DNA of 64,000 nt from an uncultured Nitrospiraceae bacterium. Its GTDB lineage: Bacteria; Nitrospirota; Nitrospiria; Nitrospirales; Nitrospiraceae. Numbering within the stretch: the stretch's first letter is position 1; each line of letters starts with the position of its first letter. The stretch lies in the NCBI GenBank assembly GCA_963706325.1, contig CAVPLT010000006.1, positions 1 through 64,000 on the forward strand, written 5' to 3'. The notes beneath the pieces are model-generated. The model was not told where the DNA came from. It saw nothing but the letters and a program-made list of their open reading frames with translations, and made no database searches. Position numbers and translations under genes: made by a program. This document shows, one piece after another, positions 33,311 through 44,224 of this stretch.

Positions 33311-34138
33311 TCATTTCTGATCCATTCCAATCCAGACGTCGCCGGATGCCAGCGCATCAACGATCCATGTCAGTTCCATAGGCACCGCGCGAGCTCGTGT
33401 GCGAGACCGCTTCCAATCCTGCTGAATACGCGATTGCACCTTCAGGTCCAGCGCCTTTCCCCATCGCCTGAAATCAGCCATTTCCTGGTAGCGTCCTAGT
33501 TCCGCCTGGACCTTTTTGATCCGCTCAACCAGTCGCTTCTTCGCTCCTTGACGCCCAGGCAACCATTCCGTCTGGTATCGAATGGTTTTCAACGCCAGGC
33601 GTAACACATGGAGCCGTTTACGGCGAGGTTTCTCCGAGGCTGCTGAAATCAGCCCTGCCAGTTTTTTTTCATGCATATGACGCAGAACCTCAAGCCGTGT
33701 GCTCGAGAGATGCTTGAGGCGCATGTGAGTCGGCATAGCATGTTGGCGCGCGGCCTGTTCGATCCTGTGATAGACCTGCGTATTCCGTAGTTTCTCATCT
33801 CGTGCGACGATCCATCCTTCGACTGTAGCTACGTTCGCTTGGGACGCTTCGATGTTGGCTAAATACTGTTGAAAGACCTGCAGGGCCCTCAGCTTGCTCA
33901 ACCGTCCCACGCTTTCTGCCATGACGACGGCTTGCGCCTCATTATCACAAAGCTCCAGCAATGCTTGAAGTCTCCTGCAACGCGTGCGAATGGCGTGCAC
34001 GGTGTCAGCAGAACATTGGCCATCGATCATGCGACGCGTTAATTTGAGCACCGTCGCTCGGTATGCGGCGACCATCCTGATCAGATCTTGCGAAGCATGG
34101 CCCGATCCCGTGTGAATATTTTTGAATGAACCGTTCAT
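33311..34138 (-). CDS. CHAD-domain protein (polyphosphate-binding family)
   Basis: VHAIRTRCRRLQA and LHVLRLALKTIRY..QAELG motifs. Confidence 0.8.
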   Translation of the reverse strand: MNGSFKNIHTGSGHASQDLIRMVAAYRATVLKLTRRMIDGQCSADTVHAIRTRCRRLQALLELCDNEAQAVVMAESVGRLSKLRALQVFQQYLANIEASQANVATVEGWIVARDEKLRNTQVYHRIEQAARQHAMPTHMRLKHLSSTRLEVLRHMHEKKLAGLISAASEKPRRKRLHVLRLALKTIRYQTEWLPGRQGAKKRLVERIKKVQAELGRYQEMADFRRWGKALDLKVQSRIQQDWKRSRTRARAVPMELTWIVDALASGDVWIGMDQK

Positions 34139-34265
34139 ATATTCATTCTACAGTTCGCTTTAACATTACGATTGCAGAGCGAGAGTCATATTTCAAGTGA
34201 TGGTTGATTGTCAGGGAGCTTGTTTGCCTCTTGACGGAGGTTGTACGACACCAGTACTGTGACCA

Positions 34266-34763
34266 ATGGATATCATTCTATTCCGACACGGCATTGCGGT
34301 CGAACGTCAGGATTGGACGGGGAATGAACAGGATCGCTCCCTCACCGGTATGGGAATCAGACGCACCCGCCGTTCCGCCAGGGGATTGCTCTCACTCCGA
34401 ATCACCCCCACACATCTCCTCTCCAGTCCCTTGGTTCGCGCGCGGGAAACCGCCGAGATCTTGCAACACCTGGTTCGACCTAAAGTTACCGTTCAAATCT
34501 GCGAGGCACTGGTTCCTGAGGCCTCGCCGAATGCACTCTTCACCCTGCTCGACACCATGCCTTCTGACTCCGTCGTACTGTGTGTCGGCCATGAACCGAA
34601 CCTGAGTGTGGTGGCGGCCACTCTCTTCACGGGAAACTCTTGCGCTGGAATCTTATTGAAGAAAGCGGGAGCCTGCCTCATTCAGATCGAGAAGTCAGTG
34701 GGTGCAGCGAAAGGCCATCTTGAATGGTGGCTCACACCGAAGCAATTGCGCGCGCTCGGGTGA
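34266..34763 (+). CDS. sixA: Phosphohistidine phosphatase SixA
   Basis: RHG, SSPLVRARETA, VGHEP, LKKAG. Confidence 0.88.
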   Translation: MDIILFRHGIAVERQDWTGNEQDRSLTGMGIRRTRRSARGLLSLRITPTHLLSSPLVRARETAEILQHLVRPKVTVQICEALVPEASPNALFTLLDTMPSDSVVLCVGHEPNLSVVAATLFTGNSCAGILLKKAGACLIQIEKSVGAAKGHLEWWLTPKQLRALG

Positions 34764-34987
34764 TCGCTCCTGGCGGTGATAATATCTGCCTATCGCGCTA
34801 CGGGTACTCCTTCAGCCATTGGCGGTTCCGAATGCTGCAGGTCCGCACGCACGTGACGCGTGAGCCGTGCCCGGTGGGCCGTCTTCGGGTTAGCTACGCA
34901 GACCGTCAAGGATCGCGAAAACATATGCGGTACCAGGCCATGTCGCGGGTTGAGGGCACCGTTATCTTGCAGCGGGGACCGCTAGAG

Positions 34988-36541
34988 TTACATGGCCTCA
35001 GGATCTTGAGACGCCACCATGAATTGAACCGGTCGCTTGAAAACCGATTCGAACAGATCGCTACGGCCGCGGGCGGCCCAAATCTCCAATTCGGCATCGC
35101 CCGATACCTGCAGAGTCACGATCACGGTTTGCCCAAGCGTGACATTGACGTCCTGCACCACGGAAAACTGGCTGCGGTCCAAGCCATCGGCGATGCGAAG
35201 CAGGGCAGACAACGCTCTGACCATACGTTGTGTGCCTGCCGGGAGCGCAATGAACTCGTCATGCTTTCGGTGAGGCACGGCCCGACGATGATAGCGGGCA
35301 ATGTTCGCGACGAGATCGATCTCATCAGCGGTGAATCCCGACAGATCGCTATTCTTGATCAGGTAATAGGCATGTTTGTGATGCTGCCGCGAATTGATAT
35401 GGTACCCGATATCGTGCAAGATCGCCGCGAACTCCAACCACTGGCGCTCTCGCTGCCCAAATCCATGCAACGGTTTTGTTTGATCAAACAGGCGTAGCGC
35501 AAGTCCCGCCACATGCAGAGCGTGCGTCTCAGACACATGGCAGCGTCGGGCGAGGGCTATGATGTTTCGCTTGCGGACATCCGGAATGTCCCGTTCCGCC
35601 TGAATTCCCTCGTGATGTCGCTGGATAAAGTCGTAGATGATGCCTTCCCGAATGGCTTTGTCGCAGATGGTGAGCGCGTCCTTGCGGAGCAGTCTAAGAA
35701 GAATCCTCAGCACCGTGGAGGCAGGCAATAGTGTGTCCACACGCTTGGGATCGAGGCCTGGGATGGCTAACCTGGTTTTCAGCGTGGCGACCGACAAGCG
35801 CTTCTCGACGGACGCGATGTCTTTCCCAGAAACTTTCGCCAGGTTCAGTTGTGGAAGCGGACGCCCCGTCCGTTGAAGATGGATCACTTCGGCCAAATTG
35901 GCGGCCATCCCGGAAGTGGCGATCACCTGCTCAACCCGCTTGGTCTTGTAGGGACCGAGCGCGCTCTTGAGCTGGTTGGTCACGGCTTCTTCCAGCTCAT
36001 GCAGCATCGCTTTGGAGGGAGGAGTTTTCGTCAGGTACAAGTCTTTGAGTCGGATGGCTCCCAGCTTGAGGCTACGGGCATGAAAGACCGTCTCCCGATT
36101 GCCGACAATCACCTCCACCGATCCGCCGCCGATATCAATCACGAGCGTGGGCAGATCGGGGAGGGCCACGCTGTTCTGCACGCCGAGAAAAATCAACCGC
36201 GCCTCCTCCGCGCCGGTAATGACCCGCACCGTCAGTCCAGTTTGTTGCGCCACATGATCCAGGAATTCACCGCCGTTGCGCGCCTCGCGCACCGCACTGG
36301 TGGCCACGGCTTCGATTCGTTCGTAGCCTTTGTTCCTGGCGAGGGTGACCAGATTACGAATCACCTCCAGGCCGCGCATCATGGCCTGGTCGGAGAGGCG
36401 ACGGGATGTGAAGACGCCGTCGCCCAACCGCGTCATGTCTTTGAATCGATCAAGTATCTTATAGGAATAGTCCGCCTGGACTTCCGCTAAGACCATATGG
36501 ATGGAGTTCGTACCGATGTCGAGGACGGCAAGTGTTGGCAT
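34988..36541 (-). CDS. ppx: Ppx/GppA exopolyphosphatase with HD domain
   Basis: DIGTNS, ATSAVREA, EEARL, DIGGGSVE, IREG, LHDIG. Confidence 0.92.
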   Translation of the reverse strand: MPTLAVLDIGTNSIHMVLAEVQADYSYKILDRFKDMTRLGDGVFTSRRLSDQAMMRGLEVIRNLVTLARNKGYERIEAVATSAVREARNGGEFLDHVAQQTGLTVRVITGAEEARLIFLGVQNSVALPDLPTLVIDIGGGSVEVIVGNRETVFHARSLKLGAIRLKDLYLTKTPPSKAMLHELEEAVTNQLKSALGPYKTKRVEQVIATSGMAANLAEVIHLQRTGRPLPQLNLAKVSGKDIASVEKRLSVATLKTRLAIPGLDPKRVDTLLPASTVLRILLRLLRKDALTICDKAIREGIIYDFIQRHHEGIQAERDIPDVRKRNIIALARRCHVSETHALHVAGLALRLFDQTKPLHGFGQRERQWLEFAAILHDIGYHINSRQHHKHAYYLIKNSDLSGFTADEIDLVANIARYHRRAVPHRKHDEFIALPAGTQRMVRALSALLRIADGLDRSQFSVVQDVNVTLGQTVIVTLQVSGDAELEIWAARGRSDLFESVFKRPVQFMVASQDPEAM

Positions 36542-36547
36542 GAGCCT

Positions 36548-37216
36548 CTAGCGATTGGCGGAGGGAGCGATGTGCCGAATGTTCTTACCTTCGACCATAT
36601 ACACGACCAGTTCCCCGATGTTCGTGGCGTGGTCGGCAATGCGTTCGAGCGCCTTGGCGACGAACGTCAACCTGATCGCGCGGGTGATCGTACGGGTGTC
36701 CTCCAGCATAAAGGAGAGGAGTTCCCGAAACAACTGTTCGTTCACGTCGTCCACGAAATCATCGTCGGTGCAGACCTTCCGCGCCAGCATCGGATCCGAA
36801 TTGACGAAGGCATCCAGACATTCTTTCACCATGCGCATCGTCCAATGGGCCATGCGCGGGATGTCGATATAGGGCTTGAGTTGTGGCTCAACGTTCAGCT
36901 CCAACGCCCGCTGGGCAATGTTTTCCGCCAGATCACCCATCCGTTCCAGTTCCGACGAAATCTTCATCCCTGTGGTGATAAAGCGTAGATCGCGCGCGGT
37001 AGGCTGCTGGAGTGCCAGTAACTGAATGCAGAGGTCGTCGATCTCCACATCAAGGGCATTGACGTCGTGATCCTGTTCGACGACGCTGACTGCTAGATCG
37101 GAGTCCCGATCCACCAATGCTTTCAGGGCTTGCTCAATCTGAGACTCGACGAGCGAGCCCATCGCGAGCAATTGCCGCTTCAGATGGGCGAGATCTTGAT
37201 CGAAATGTCGTTGCAT
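36548..37216 (-). CDS. phoU: Phosphate signalling protein PhoU
   Basis: QPTARDLR, ELERMGD, LERIADHATNI. Confidence 0.95.
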   Translation of the reverse strand: MQRHFDQDLAHLKRQLLAMGSLVESQIEQALKALVDRDSDLAVSVVEQDHDVNALDVEIDDLCIQLLALQQPTARDLRFITTGMKISSELERMGDLAENIAQRALELNVEPQLKPYIDIPRMAHWTMRMVKECLDAFVNSDPMLARKVCTDDDFVDDVNEQLFRELLSFMLEDTRTITRAIRLTFVAKALERIADHATNIGELVVYMVEGKNIRHIAPSANR

Positions 37217-37235
37217 GGTGCGGCTCCTTCTGAAT

Positions 37236-38108
37236 TTATCCGAACCGGCCCGTAATGTAATCTTCAGTCCGTTTGTCGCGCGGCGTCGTGAAAATAGTTT
37301 TGGTATCGCCGAATTCAACCAGCTCGCCCATCAAGAAAAACCCGCATTGGCTTGATACTCGGGCAGCCTGCTGCATGTTATGGGTGACGATGACCACGGT
37401 GTAGGTGTCCTTCAATGTATAAATAAGCTCCTCGATCTTCCCTGTGGCAATGGGATCGAGCGCTGAGCAGGGTTCGTCCATCAAGATCACTTCCGGCTGC
37501 ACGGCCAAAGCCCGCGCAATGCAGAGCCGTTGCTGCTGTCCTCCTGACAAACCAAGGGCGCTCTGCGTCAGGCGATCCTTCACCTCCTCCCACAGTCCCG
37601 CGCCGTGCAAACTTTGTTGTACCAGTTCGTCTAGCCGTCGTTTGTCCTTCGTCCCATGGAGACGAGGCCCGTACGCCACATTGTCGTAAATGGATTTTGG
37701 GAAGGGATTCGATTTCTGGAAGACCATGCCCACGCGTTTCCTGAGATCGGTCACATCGATTTCGTGGTCGTAAATGTCAGCTCCGTCCAGCTCCACCCGA
37801 CCAACCGCCCGCGCCCCTTCCACTAGATCATTCATACGGTTCAGGCAACGCAACAAGGTGGATTTACCGCAACCGGAGGGCCCGATGAAGGAGGTCACCG
37901 AATGCGATCGCACCGTCAGGACCACATGAAAGAGGGCCTGCCGGTCGCCATAATAAAAGTCCAAATTCCGCACCTGAATTTTGGAGTCCACCGATGGGGC
38001 CGGCTGCGCCTGGTTGCCGGTCAGCCGAGACTGTGGAAAGCTCGGAACGATGGGACGAGTCGGGATGATTGGTGGAGTGGACGATAGACTCATAGAATGG
38101 ACTTCCAT
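37236..38108 (-). CDS. pstB: Phosphate ABC transporter ATPase
   Basis: [39 protein letters not shown]. Confidence 0.96.
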   Translation of the reverse strand: MEVHSMSLSSTPPIIPTRPIVPSFPQSRLTGNQAQPAPSVDSKIQVRNLDFYYGDRQALFHVVLTVRSHSVTSFIGPSGCGKSTLLRCLNRMNDLVEGARAVGRVELDGADIYDHEIDVTDLRKRVGMVFQKSNPFPKSIYDNVAYGPRLHGTKDKRRLDELVQQSLHGAGLWEEVKDRLTQSALGLSGGQQQRLCIARALAVQPEVILMDEPCSALDPIATGKIEELIYTLKDTYTVVIVTHNMQQAARVSSQCGFFLMGELVEFGDTKTIFTTPRDKRTEDYITGRFG

Positions 38109-38126
38109 GCAAACTCCTCTCAGTGA

Positions 38127-39776
38127 TTACACCGCGGACATCGCAAAACGTTTGCGAAGGCGGTTACGCAACATCACGGCCATCCAATTCAGCAGGACGA
38201 CCACGAGGATCAGAATCAGGGTGGTCATGTACACCATCGGTTTGGCGGCTTCGACGTTCGGCGATTGAAATCCTACGTCATAGATATGAAATCCCAAATG
38301 CATAAACTTTCTGTCGAGGTGCAGAAAAGGCAGGTAGCTGTCCAAGGGGAGCGCGGGCGCTAATTTCACCACGCCGGTCAGCATCAGCGGCGCGACTTCT
38401 CCGGCCGCGCGGGCCATGGCCAGAATCAATCCTGTTAAAATTCCCGGCAGCGCGCAGGGCAGAATCACATGCCAGATCGTTTCGAACTTGGTGGCGCCTA
38501 ATCCAACCGACCCTTCCCGGAAATCTCGCGGGACGGCGGATAGGCCCTCTTCGGTCGCCACGATCACTACCGGCACGGTCAGGAGCGCCAGGGTCAGCGA
38601 TGCCCAGAGAATCCCACCGGTGCCGAACGTAGGATTCGGCAACGATTCCGGAAAGAGCAGTTGGTCGATCGTTCCGCCCAATGCATAGACGAAAAAGGCC
38701 AACCCGAATACACCGAACACGATGGAGGGGACGCCGGCGAGATTATTCACCGCAATTCGGACCAGTCGTACGAGCACCCCTTGCTTGGCATATTCGCGCA
38801 AATAGATCGCGGCCATGACCCCGAACGGCATCACGGCGATCGTCATCAAGAACACCATGAGGACCGTGCCGAAAATCGCCGGAAAGATCCCGCCTTCCGT
38901 ATTCGCTTCACGCGGCTCGCTGGACACAAATAGCCACAGGTTGTGAAGGTAGGCGACCGACTTGTCGATCCAATTCATGTCGTTCGGCCGGCTGACCGCG
39001 ATGACCTGGGCGAGCGTGAGACGTAAGGACTGCCCGTTGGAAAGGGTCAGGAGGAGTGACTTTTTCTCAGCCTCCTTGTGCAGCTGCTCCAACTCCACCG
39101 TTTTAGCTTGGTAATCCTGTTCGAGTGCCGCGATCTGATCTGTCAGACTGCGGTCCACCTCGGTTTCGCGCGAACTGAGCTGTCCGTCGAGCATAAGGCC
39201 CTGACGCTCGAGCCTGGCTTTTTCGATGCGATAGTTGATCGCGCCGATCTCGTCACGCTCAAGATGTTCGGTACGCCGACGCAGCGTGGTGGATTCCTTC
39301 ACCAGCGCGCCGATGGTCGACCAGGTGTCGTCGTCCGAAGTTTCCGTCGTTCCATCCACGGCTACGATGCCGAGGCGACCGAACGCGGGGCCCCACTCGC
39401 GGCGCTCCACGAACGTCAGGTCTTTCGGGCTACTGGTGGAGACGATATCGTCTCCGTTGATCCAACGATACTCAGAGCCCAACACATCACGATTGCCGAC
39501 ACGATAGCGAAATCGTTCCAATCCCTGGGGGTTCTCCGGCGTCGCCGAATGGGGAATGACTTCCTGTCCCACCACCCGGCCGATGACGCTCTCGTTCGTC
39601 TTCAACAGGAGCTGATGCAGGGGGGCGGGCCAGAATTGCCCCAGCCCGTTGACCATAATCAAGCCGAGCATGGCGCCCACCATCAAGAGACTGATCGCCA
39701 CACCGGAGGCCGTCATCCACACGAAGAGTTCGCCACCCCGCCAAAAGCTTTTTATCGAGTCAGCGCGTTTACCCAT
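38127..39776 (-). CDS. pstA: Phosphate ABC permease PstA (long form with coiled-coil insert)
   Basis: EPREANTEGGIFPAIFGT, NLAGVPSIVFG, ARAAGEVAPL. Confidence 0.93.
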   Translation of the reverse strand: MGKRADSIKSFWRGGELFVWMTASGVAISLLMVGAMLGLIMVNGLGQFWPAPLHQLLLKTNESVIGRVVGQEVIPHSATPENPQGLERFRYRVGNRDVLGSEYRWINGDDIVSTSSPKDLTFVERREWGPAFGRLGIVAVDGTTETSDDDTWSTIGALVKESTTLRRRTEHLERDEIGAINYRIEKARLERQGLMLDGQLSSRETEVDRSLTDQIAALEQDYQAKTVELEQLHKEAEKKSLLLTLSNGQSLRLTLAQVIAVSRPNDMNWIDKSVAYLHNLWLFVSSEPREANTEGGIFPAIFGTVLMVFLMTIAVMPFGVMAAIYLREYAKQGVLVRLVRIAVNNLAGVPSIVFGVFGLAFFVYALGGTIDQLLFPESLPNPTFGTGGILWASLTLALLTVPVVIVATEEGLSAVPRDFREGSVGLGATKFETIWHVILPCALPGILTGLILAMARAAGEVAPLMLTGVVKLAPALPLDSYLPFLHLDRKFMHLGFHIYDVGFQSPNVEAAKPMVYMTTLILILVVVLLNWMAVMLRNRLRKRFAMSAV

Positions 39777-41976
39777 GGCTGTACTTGTCCCGCAGCCGCT
39801 GGCGAACGATTTCAGCCAATGTGTTGATGCCAAAGGTAACAATGAATAGGAGGACGGCCGCCAGGAACAACACCCGATACAGACTGCCCCCGTGAGGGGC
39901 TTCGGGTATTTCCACCGCGATATTGGCCGACAGGGTCCGGAATCCGCTCGCCCAGTTCCAATCCAAAATCGGGGTATTACCGGTCGCCATGAGGACAATC
40001 ATGGTCTCGCCGATCGCGCGACCGAACCCGATCATCACCGCGGAAAAGATTCCGGGGCTGGCCGAGAGCAAAACCAAATAAAGAACGGTCTGCCAGCGAG
40101 TCGCGCCCAACGCGAGGGAGCCGGCAATTTGAGTCTTGGGCACATTCGCGAGCGCTTCTTCTGCGATGCTATAGATGACGGGCACGATCGCGAACCCCAT
40201 GACGATGCCCACCACCAGAGCGTTGCGCTGGTCGTACTGAATCCCAAGCCGGTTCGAGAGCCACGCCTTGATATCGCCGCCGAACCACCAGGTCTCGATT
40301 GACGAATTGGCCCAGAGACAGGTTCCAATCCCAAGCGCCAGGATGGGAATCAAGAGGAGCGCCTCCTGTCCAGGGCGTAGGCGTCGCCTGAGGGCGGGGG
40401 GAACGAGATACCACAGAAGAGAGCTCGCGATGACGAGCAGCGGCAATGCCACGGCCATTCCAGCGACGGCCGGGAGCAACCGCTCCAGCAGGGGTGCCAG
40501 CCACAGTCCGGCAAGAAAGCCCAATACGACCGTCGGCAAGGCGGCCATCACCTCAATGACCGGCTTGATCTTCGCGCGAAGATCCGGATGCATGAATTGC
40601 GCCGTGCACATCGCCGCCAGAATGGCGATCGGCACGGCCAGGAACAACGCGTACACGGTGCCTTTGAGCGTCCCGAAGGCAAGCGGCATCAAACCGAGTT
40701 TGGGTTCAAAATCATCCGACCCGGAAGACGATTGCCACACGTAGGCGGGCTGGTCGTACCCTTCATACCAGACCTTGCCGAACAGGGTCTCAAAAGTTAC
40801 TTCAGGGTAGGCATTGTTCAATTGATAGAGCGACAACTGGCCAGCCTGATCGAAGGCCATCAACCCGTCGCCTTTCGGCGCGAAGGTCACGGCGCGAATC
40901 GGAGACTCACCGTTCGACAACTTGAGCCAGGTTTGGTCGGCCGTTGCATGGTGGAGAAACATGTGGCCCTTCGCATCCGCCGTAACAAACCCCTTCACCC
41001 GCTGGGAGGGAGCAAAGGCCGTCACCGGCGCGGCGTGAGACCGGAACGTATGCATTTTGGTGAGACGCCAACGAGACTGATCCTCTGCGTGCCGTATAAG
41101 CCCCCAAGTCGAGACCTCGCCCTCCGCCGTCATGACAACCAGGCTGCGATCACCGCTCAAGAAGCCGAGCCCCGTCACCGCCGTGTTCGGTGTGGTCACC
41201 GCATAGCCGCCTTTCACGGCGGGCGGCTCCCTGTCGGAATCTACGGCGATATGCAGCACGATCCCTTCCCCCGTGCCGATGTACAAATTTTCGAACGAGC
41301 CGTCGAGCGCCAGGGACGTCACGGCACCTGTGGGCTTAGGAAGCTCTGTGATGACTGGATCGTGATCCGCGGCGTCCTCCGCCGGTATTCGCACCAGGAT
41401 CAGCCGACCTGCTTGGGAGAGAATGGCCAACAGGCTTCCACGGTCGTTGAACCGGTACGCCAGCGTCTTGATGGGACCTATCGTAAGCGGGAGTAGTCGA
41501 CCGGCTCGGACCATCGGACGTTTTTGTCGCTCGCCGGAACTGGAAAATTCCGTGCTCGTGCCGATCTTCAGCAACAGCACTTCGCCCTCGGCCGTGCCGA
41601 CCGCGTAACGGGGAGCACTGCCTCCTCCTTGGGCCATTGCCGTGAAATGCCTACTCTTGAGGTCGGCCGGCAGCTCCATCGGAATCGGCTGGCCGGAAGC
41701 CAGGTCGATGAACTGCACACCGCTCGATGTGAGTATCTGCGCGATCTCACGATGTTCATCTACCGCCAGTTGAACCGGCCCCTCCGCCGTGAGTAAGGAA
41801 GGCACGATCATGCGCTGGGTCAATTTAGCGGTAGGGGCCGTAAACAGCGGCGTGACTTCTCGAAAGAGGAAAAAGAAAATGCCGAGAATGCTGAGGATCG
41901 TCGCCAAGCCGCCGACGGTGATCACGACGCGTGCCAGGCGATCGATCAGCGGACGCATGTGAAGCGGTGTGAACAT
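39769..41976 (-). CDS. pstC: Phosphate ABC permease PstC (long form with WD40-like domain)
   Basis: VWYEGY..WQSSSG.DDFEPK, ALPTVVLGF, GRAIGETMIVLM. Confidence 0.92.
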   Translation of the reverse strand: MFTPLHMRPLIDRLARVVITVGGLATILSILGIFFFLFREVTPLFTAPTAKLTQRMIVPSLLTAEGPVQLAVDEHREIAQILTSSGVQFIDLASGQPIPMELPADLKSRHFTAMAQGGGSAPRYAVGTAEGEVLLLKIGTSTEFSSSGERQKRPMVRAGRLLPLTIGPIKTLAYRFNDRGSLLAILSQAGRLILVRIPAEDAADHDPVITELPKPTGAVTSLALDGSFENLYIGTGEGIVLHIAVDSDREPPAVKGGYAVTTPNTAVTGLGFLSGDRSLVVMTAEGEVSTWGLIRHAEDQSRWRLTKMHTFRSHAAPVTAFAPSQRVKGFVTADAKGHMFLHHATADQTWLKLSNGESPIRAVTFAPKGDGLMAFDQAGQLSLYQLNNAYPEVTFETLFGKVWYEGYDQPAYVWQSSSGSDDFEPKLGLMPLAFGTLKGTVYALFLAVPIAILAAMCTAQFMHPDLRAKIKPVIEVMAALPTVVLGFLAGLWLAPLLERLLPAVAGMAVALPLLVIASSLLWYLVPPALRRRLRPGQEALLLIPILALGIGTCLWANSSIETWWFGGDIKAWLSNRLGIQYDQRNALVVGIVMGFAIVPVIYSIAEEALANVPKTQIAGSLALGATRWQTVLYLVLLSASPGIFSAVMIGFGRAIGETMIVLMATGNTPILDWNWASGFRTLSANIAVEIPEAPHGGSLYRVLFLAAVLLFIVTFGINTLAEIVRQRLRDKYSHG

Positions 41977-41997
41977 TCGTCGGTCTCGTGCTGATCG

Positions 41998-43017
41998 TCA
42001 GCGGATCTTGGTCGCTTGTTTCTCAGCCAGAGTCGCATCAACCGGAAAATACCCGTCTCTCATGACGTCAGATTGACCCTCCCGGCTGTAGACATAGGTG
42101 AGAAACTCTCTGACGATCGGCGATAGGGGTTTGCCGGGAGCTTGATTCACGTAGATGTAGAGGTAGCGCCACAGAGGATAACTACCGTTCTTGGTGTTCG
42201 CTTGGGTCGGCTCGATATACGGCTGGCCCGCCTTCGCCGCCAGAGGAACCATTCTCACGCCGGACGTCGTATAGCCGATCCCGCTGTAGCCGACCCCATA
42301 GCGGTCTTCGCTGATGCCCTGAACCACTGACGCGGATCCCGGCTGTTCCTTCACCTGATCCTTGAAGTCGCCATTCTTGAGCGCATGGTCTTTGAAAAAT
42401 CCATAGGTTCCGGAAGCCGAATTTCGTCCGTAAAGACTGATGGGGGCCGGAACCCAATCGCCGCTTAATCCCAGCTGACCCCACTTAGTGAGATCCGTCG
42501 CCTGTCCCTGTCGCCGTGATTTCGAAAAGAGCGCATCCACCTCCGGCATGCTCAATCCTTTGATCGGATTGTCTTTGTTGACGAAGAGAGCCAAGGCGTC
42601 GACTGCCACGGGGTAGGGAGTCGGCGGATATCCGAACTTCGCTTCGAATGCATCGATCTCGCTGGACTTCATCGTCCGGGACATGGGGCCGAGTTGCGCC
42701 GTGCCTTCAATGAGGGCCGGCGGCGCCGTGCTGGACCCTTTCCCTTCCACCTGGATCTTCACATTGGGATATTGTTTTCGAAATCCTTCGGCCCAGAGGG
42801 TGATCAGATTGTTGAGCGTGTCCGATCCGATGCTGTTGATCGTGCCGGACACACCACTCACTTTCTGATAGGGCTTCATCTCCTGGTCGAGCTTCACATT
42901 TTCGGTGATGGCGGCAGGCTCACCCGTGCCGGCGCTCCACAAATTCGTCGTCATGAACGGCCCCAATACGGTGAGCGTGACACCCATGCAGATCTGACGA
43001 CGCGAAGCAATCATCAT
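41998..43017 (-). CDS. pstS: Phosphate-binding protein PstS
   Basis: GSDT, GKGSSTAP, GRNSASGTY, YSGIGY, YPLWRYLYIY. Confidence 0.93.
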   Translation of the reverse strand: MMIASRRQICMGVTLTVLGPFMTTNLWSAGTGEPAAITENVKLDQEMKPYQKVSGVSGTINSIGSDTLNNLITLWAEGFRKQYPNVKIQVEGKGSSTAPPALIEGTAQLGPMSRTMKSSEIDAFEAKFGYPPTPYPVAVDALALFVNKDNPIKGLSMPEVDALFSKSRRQGQATDLTKWGQLGLSGDWVPAPISLYGRNSASGTYGFFKDHALKNGDFKDQVKEQPGSASVVQGISEDRYGVGYSGIGYTTSGVRMVPLAAKAGQPYIEPTQANTKNGSYPLWRYLYIYVNQAPGKPLSPIVREFLTYVYSREGQSDVMRDGYFPVDATLAEKQATKIR

Positions 43018-43065
43018 AGAATTCCTCCAGGAGGTGATGAAATCGAACCGTAACAATGATGCAAC

Positions 43066-43119
43066 AGCGTAGAATTGACTCATTGCGTGACCGTCACTGT
43101 CGCGTTAACGGCATGTTAA
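43066..43119 (-). promoter_or_regulatory. Pho-box-like promoter of the pstSCAB-phoU-ppx operon
   Basis: TTAACA-5-TTAACG-5-GTGACG-5-GCAATG-9-TACGCT. Confidence 0.75.
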
Positions 43120-43166
43120 ATCTCTACCCTTGTGCTGCAGAGTCCTGCGTCGTCTCGAGACCGGAA

Positions 43167-43220
43167 TTAACGCGGGCGCGACCATTTCAAGAGGAGACGG
43201 TAACAAGTCGGTCTTATCCT
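43167..43220 (+). promoter_or_regulatory. Pho-box-like promoter of response regulator 2
   Basis: TTAACG-5-GCGACC-5-AAGAGG-5-GTAACA-9-TATCCT (middle repeats degenerate). Confidence 0.55.
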
Positions 43221-43228
43221 CGCTTCCT

Positions 43229-43921
43229 ATGTCAGGCGCCATGATCCACATCATTGAAGATGAACCGCACCATGCCATATTGCTCGACCGAGCCTTATGC
43301 CAGGCTCGGTTCGCCACTACTCTGGCCGCGGATGGCCATACCGGATGGGAGAATGTGCAGCGCCTCATGCCCTCATTGATTCTGCTCGACCTCATGTTGC
43401 CAGGCATGGATGGTCAAGAGGTCTGCCGGTTGGTTCGAAGCACTCCGTCCACCAGACATATCCCCATCATCATGCTGAGTGCGCTGGGCACCGAAGAAGA
43501 TCGTATTTCGGGAATTCAAATGGGGGCTGATGACTATGTGGTGAAACCATTCAGTCCGCGTGAAGTCGTGTCTCGCGTGCAGGCCGTCCTGCGTCGAAGC
43601 CAAGAGCTCGTTTCTGCAGCGACCGCCCTGTCGGACGCCTCGATCACGGTGCAAGGGCCATATTTCGTGGTATCTCTGGAAGGGCGGCAACTCACAGTTT
43701 CAAGTATGGAACTGGCGCTCCTCCGCGCGATACTCCCTCGGGAGGGTGAATTAGTCAGGGCAGAAGAGCTGACCGCCCTTCTAGTTGGAGAGAACCAGCG
43801 GATTCCGCTGGAAGAGCTCGATCACCGGATTCGATTTCTTCGCCGAAAACTCGAGAATAGCGGCGCAGGAACCATCGAGATATTGCCAGGGTTCCGCTAT
43901 CGACTTCCTACGGCTCTGTGA
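43229..43921 (+). CDS. OmpR/PhoB-family response regulator (paralog 2)
   Basis: IEDE..LLDLMLPGMDG..LSA..KPFSPRE; winged helix. Confidence 0.88.
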   Translation: MSGAMIHIIEDEPHHAILLDRALCQARFATTLAADGHTGWENVQRLMPSLILLDLMLPGMDGQEVCRLVRSTPSTRHIPIIMLSALGTEEDRISGIQMGADDYVVKPFSPREVVSRVQAVLRRSQELVSAATALSDASITVQGPYFVVSLEGRQLTVSSMELALLRAILPREGELVRAEELTALLVGENQRIPLEELDHRIRFLRRKLENSGAGTIEILPGFRYRLPTAL

Positions 43922-43954
43922 CAATCGTCATGCGCCGCCGTCAGTCAACGCCGC

Positions 43955-44224
43955 ATGTCGTCGACGGCCAACAACACCCCCGTCATGACAGATATCCGCC
44001 CGGACGAGCCAGGCGTCATTTCCGGTATGCTCAGCCTCTCGCGGAATCTCGGGCTCATCACCAGTGCATCCTTAGGGGCGCTGTGTTCGCGTTCGCATCG
44101 GCGACGACCAACATTTCAACGGCGCACCCGAGGCAGTTGCCACTGGTATGAGAATTACATTCGCAATCGCGGCGGTTCTGATCGTCGTCGCGATCGCCAT
44201 ACAACTAGCCAACACGGTGTTTGA
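43955..44224 (+). pseudogene. C-terminal remnant of a DHA2-type MFS transporter
   Basis: ANNTPVM..GVISGMLSLSRNLGLIT..GAVFAFA..GMRITFAIAAVLIVVA over shifting frames; no 5' part. Confidence 0.6.

Noticed and set aside
34145..34200. TTAACA near the CHAD/sixA divergent region as another Pho-type box
   Set aside because: Does not give four phased repeats with a -10 box at 9 bp on either strand.
34724..36988. Long plus-strand ORFs (257, 213 and 163 aa)
   Set aside because: Antisense shadows of ppx and phoU with no recognisable motifs.
39078..41496. Plus-strand ORFs of 249 and 302 aa
   Set aside because: Antisense shadows of pstA and pstC.
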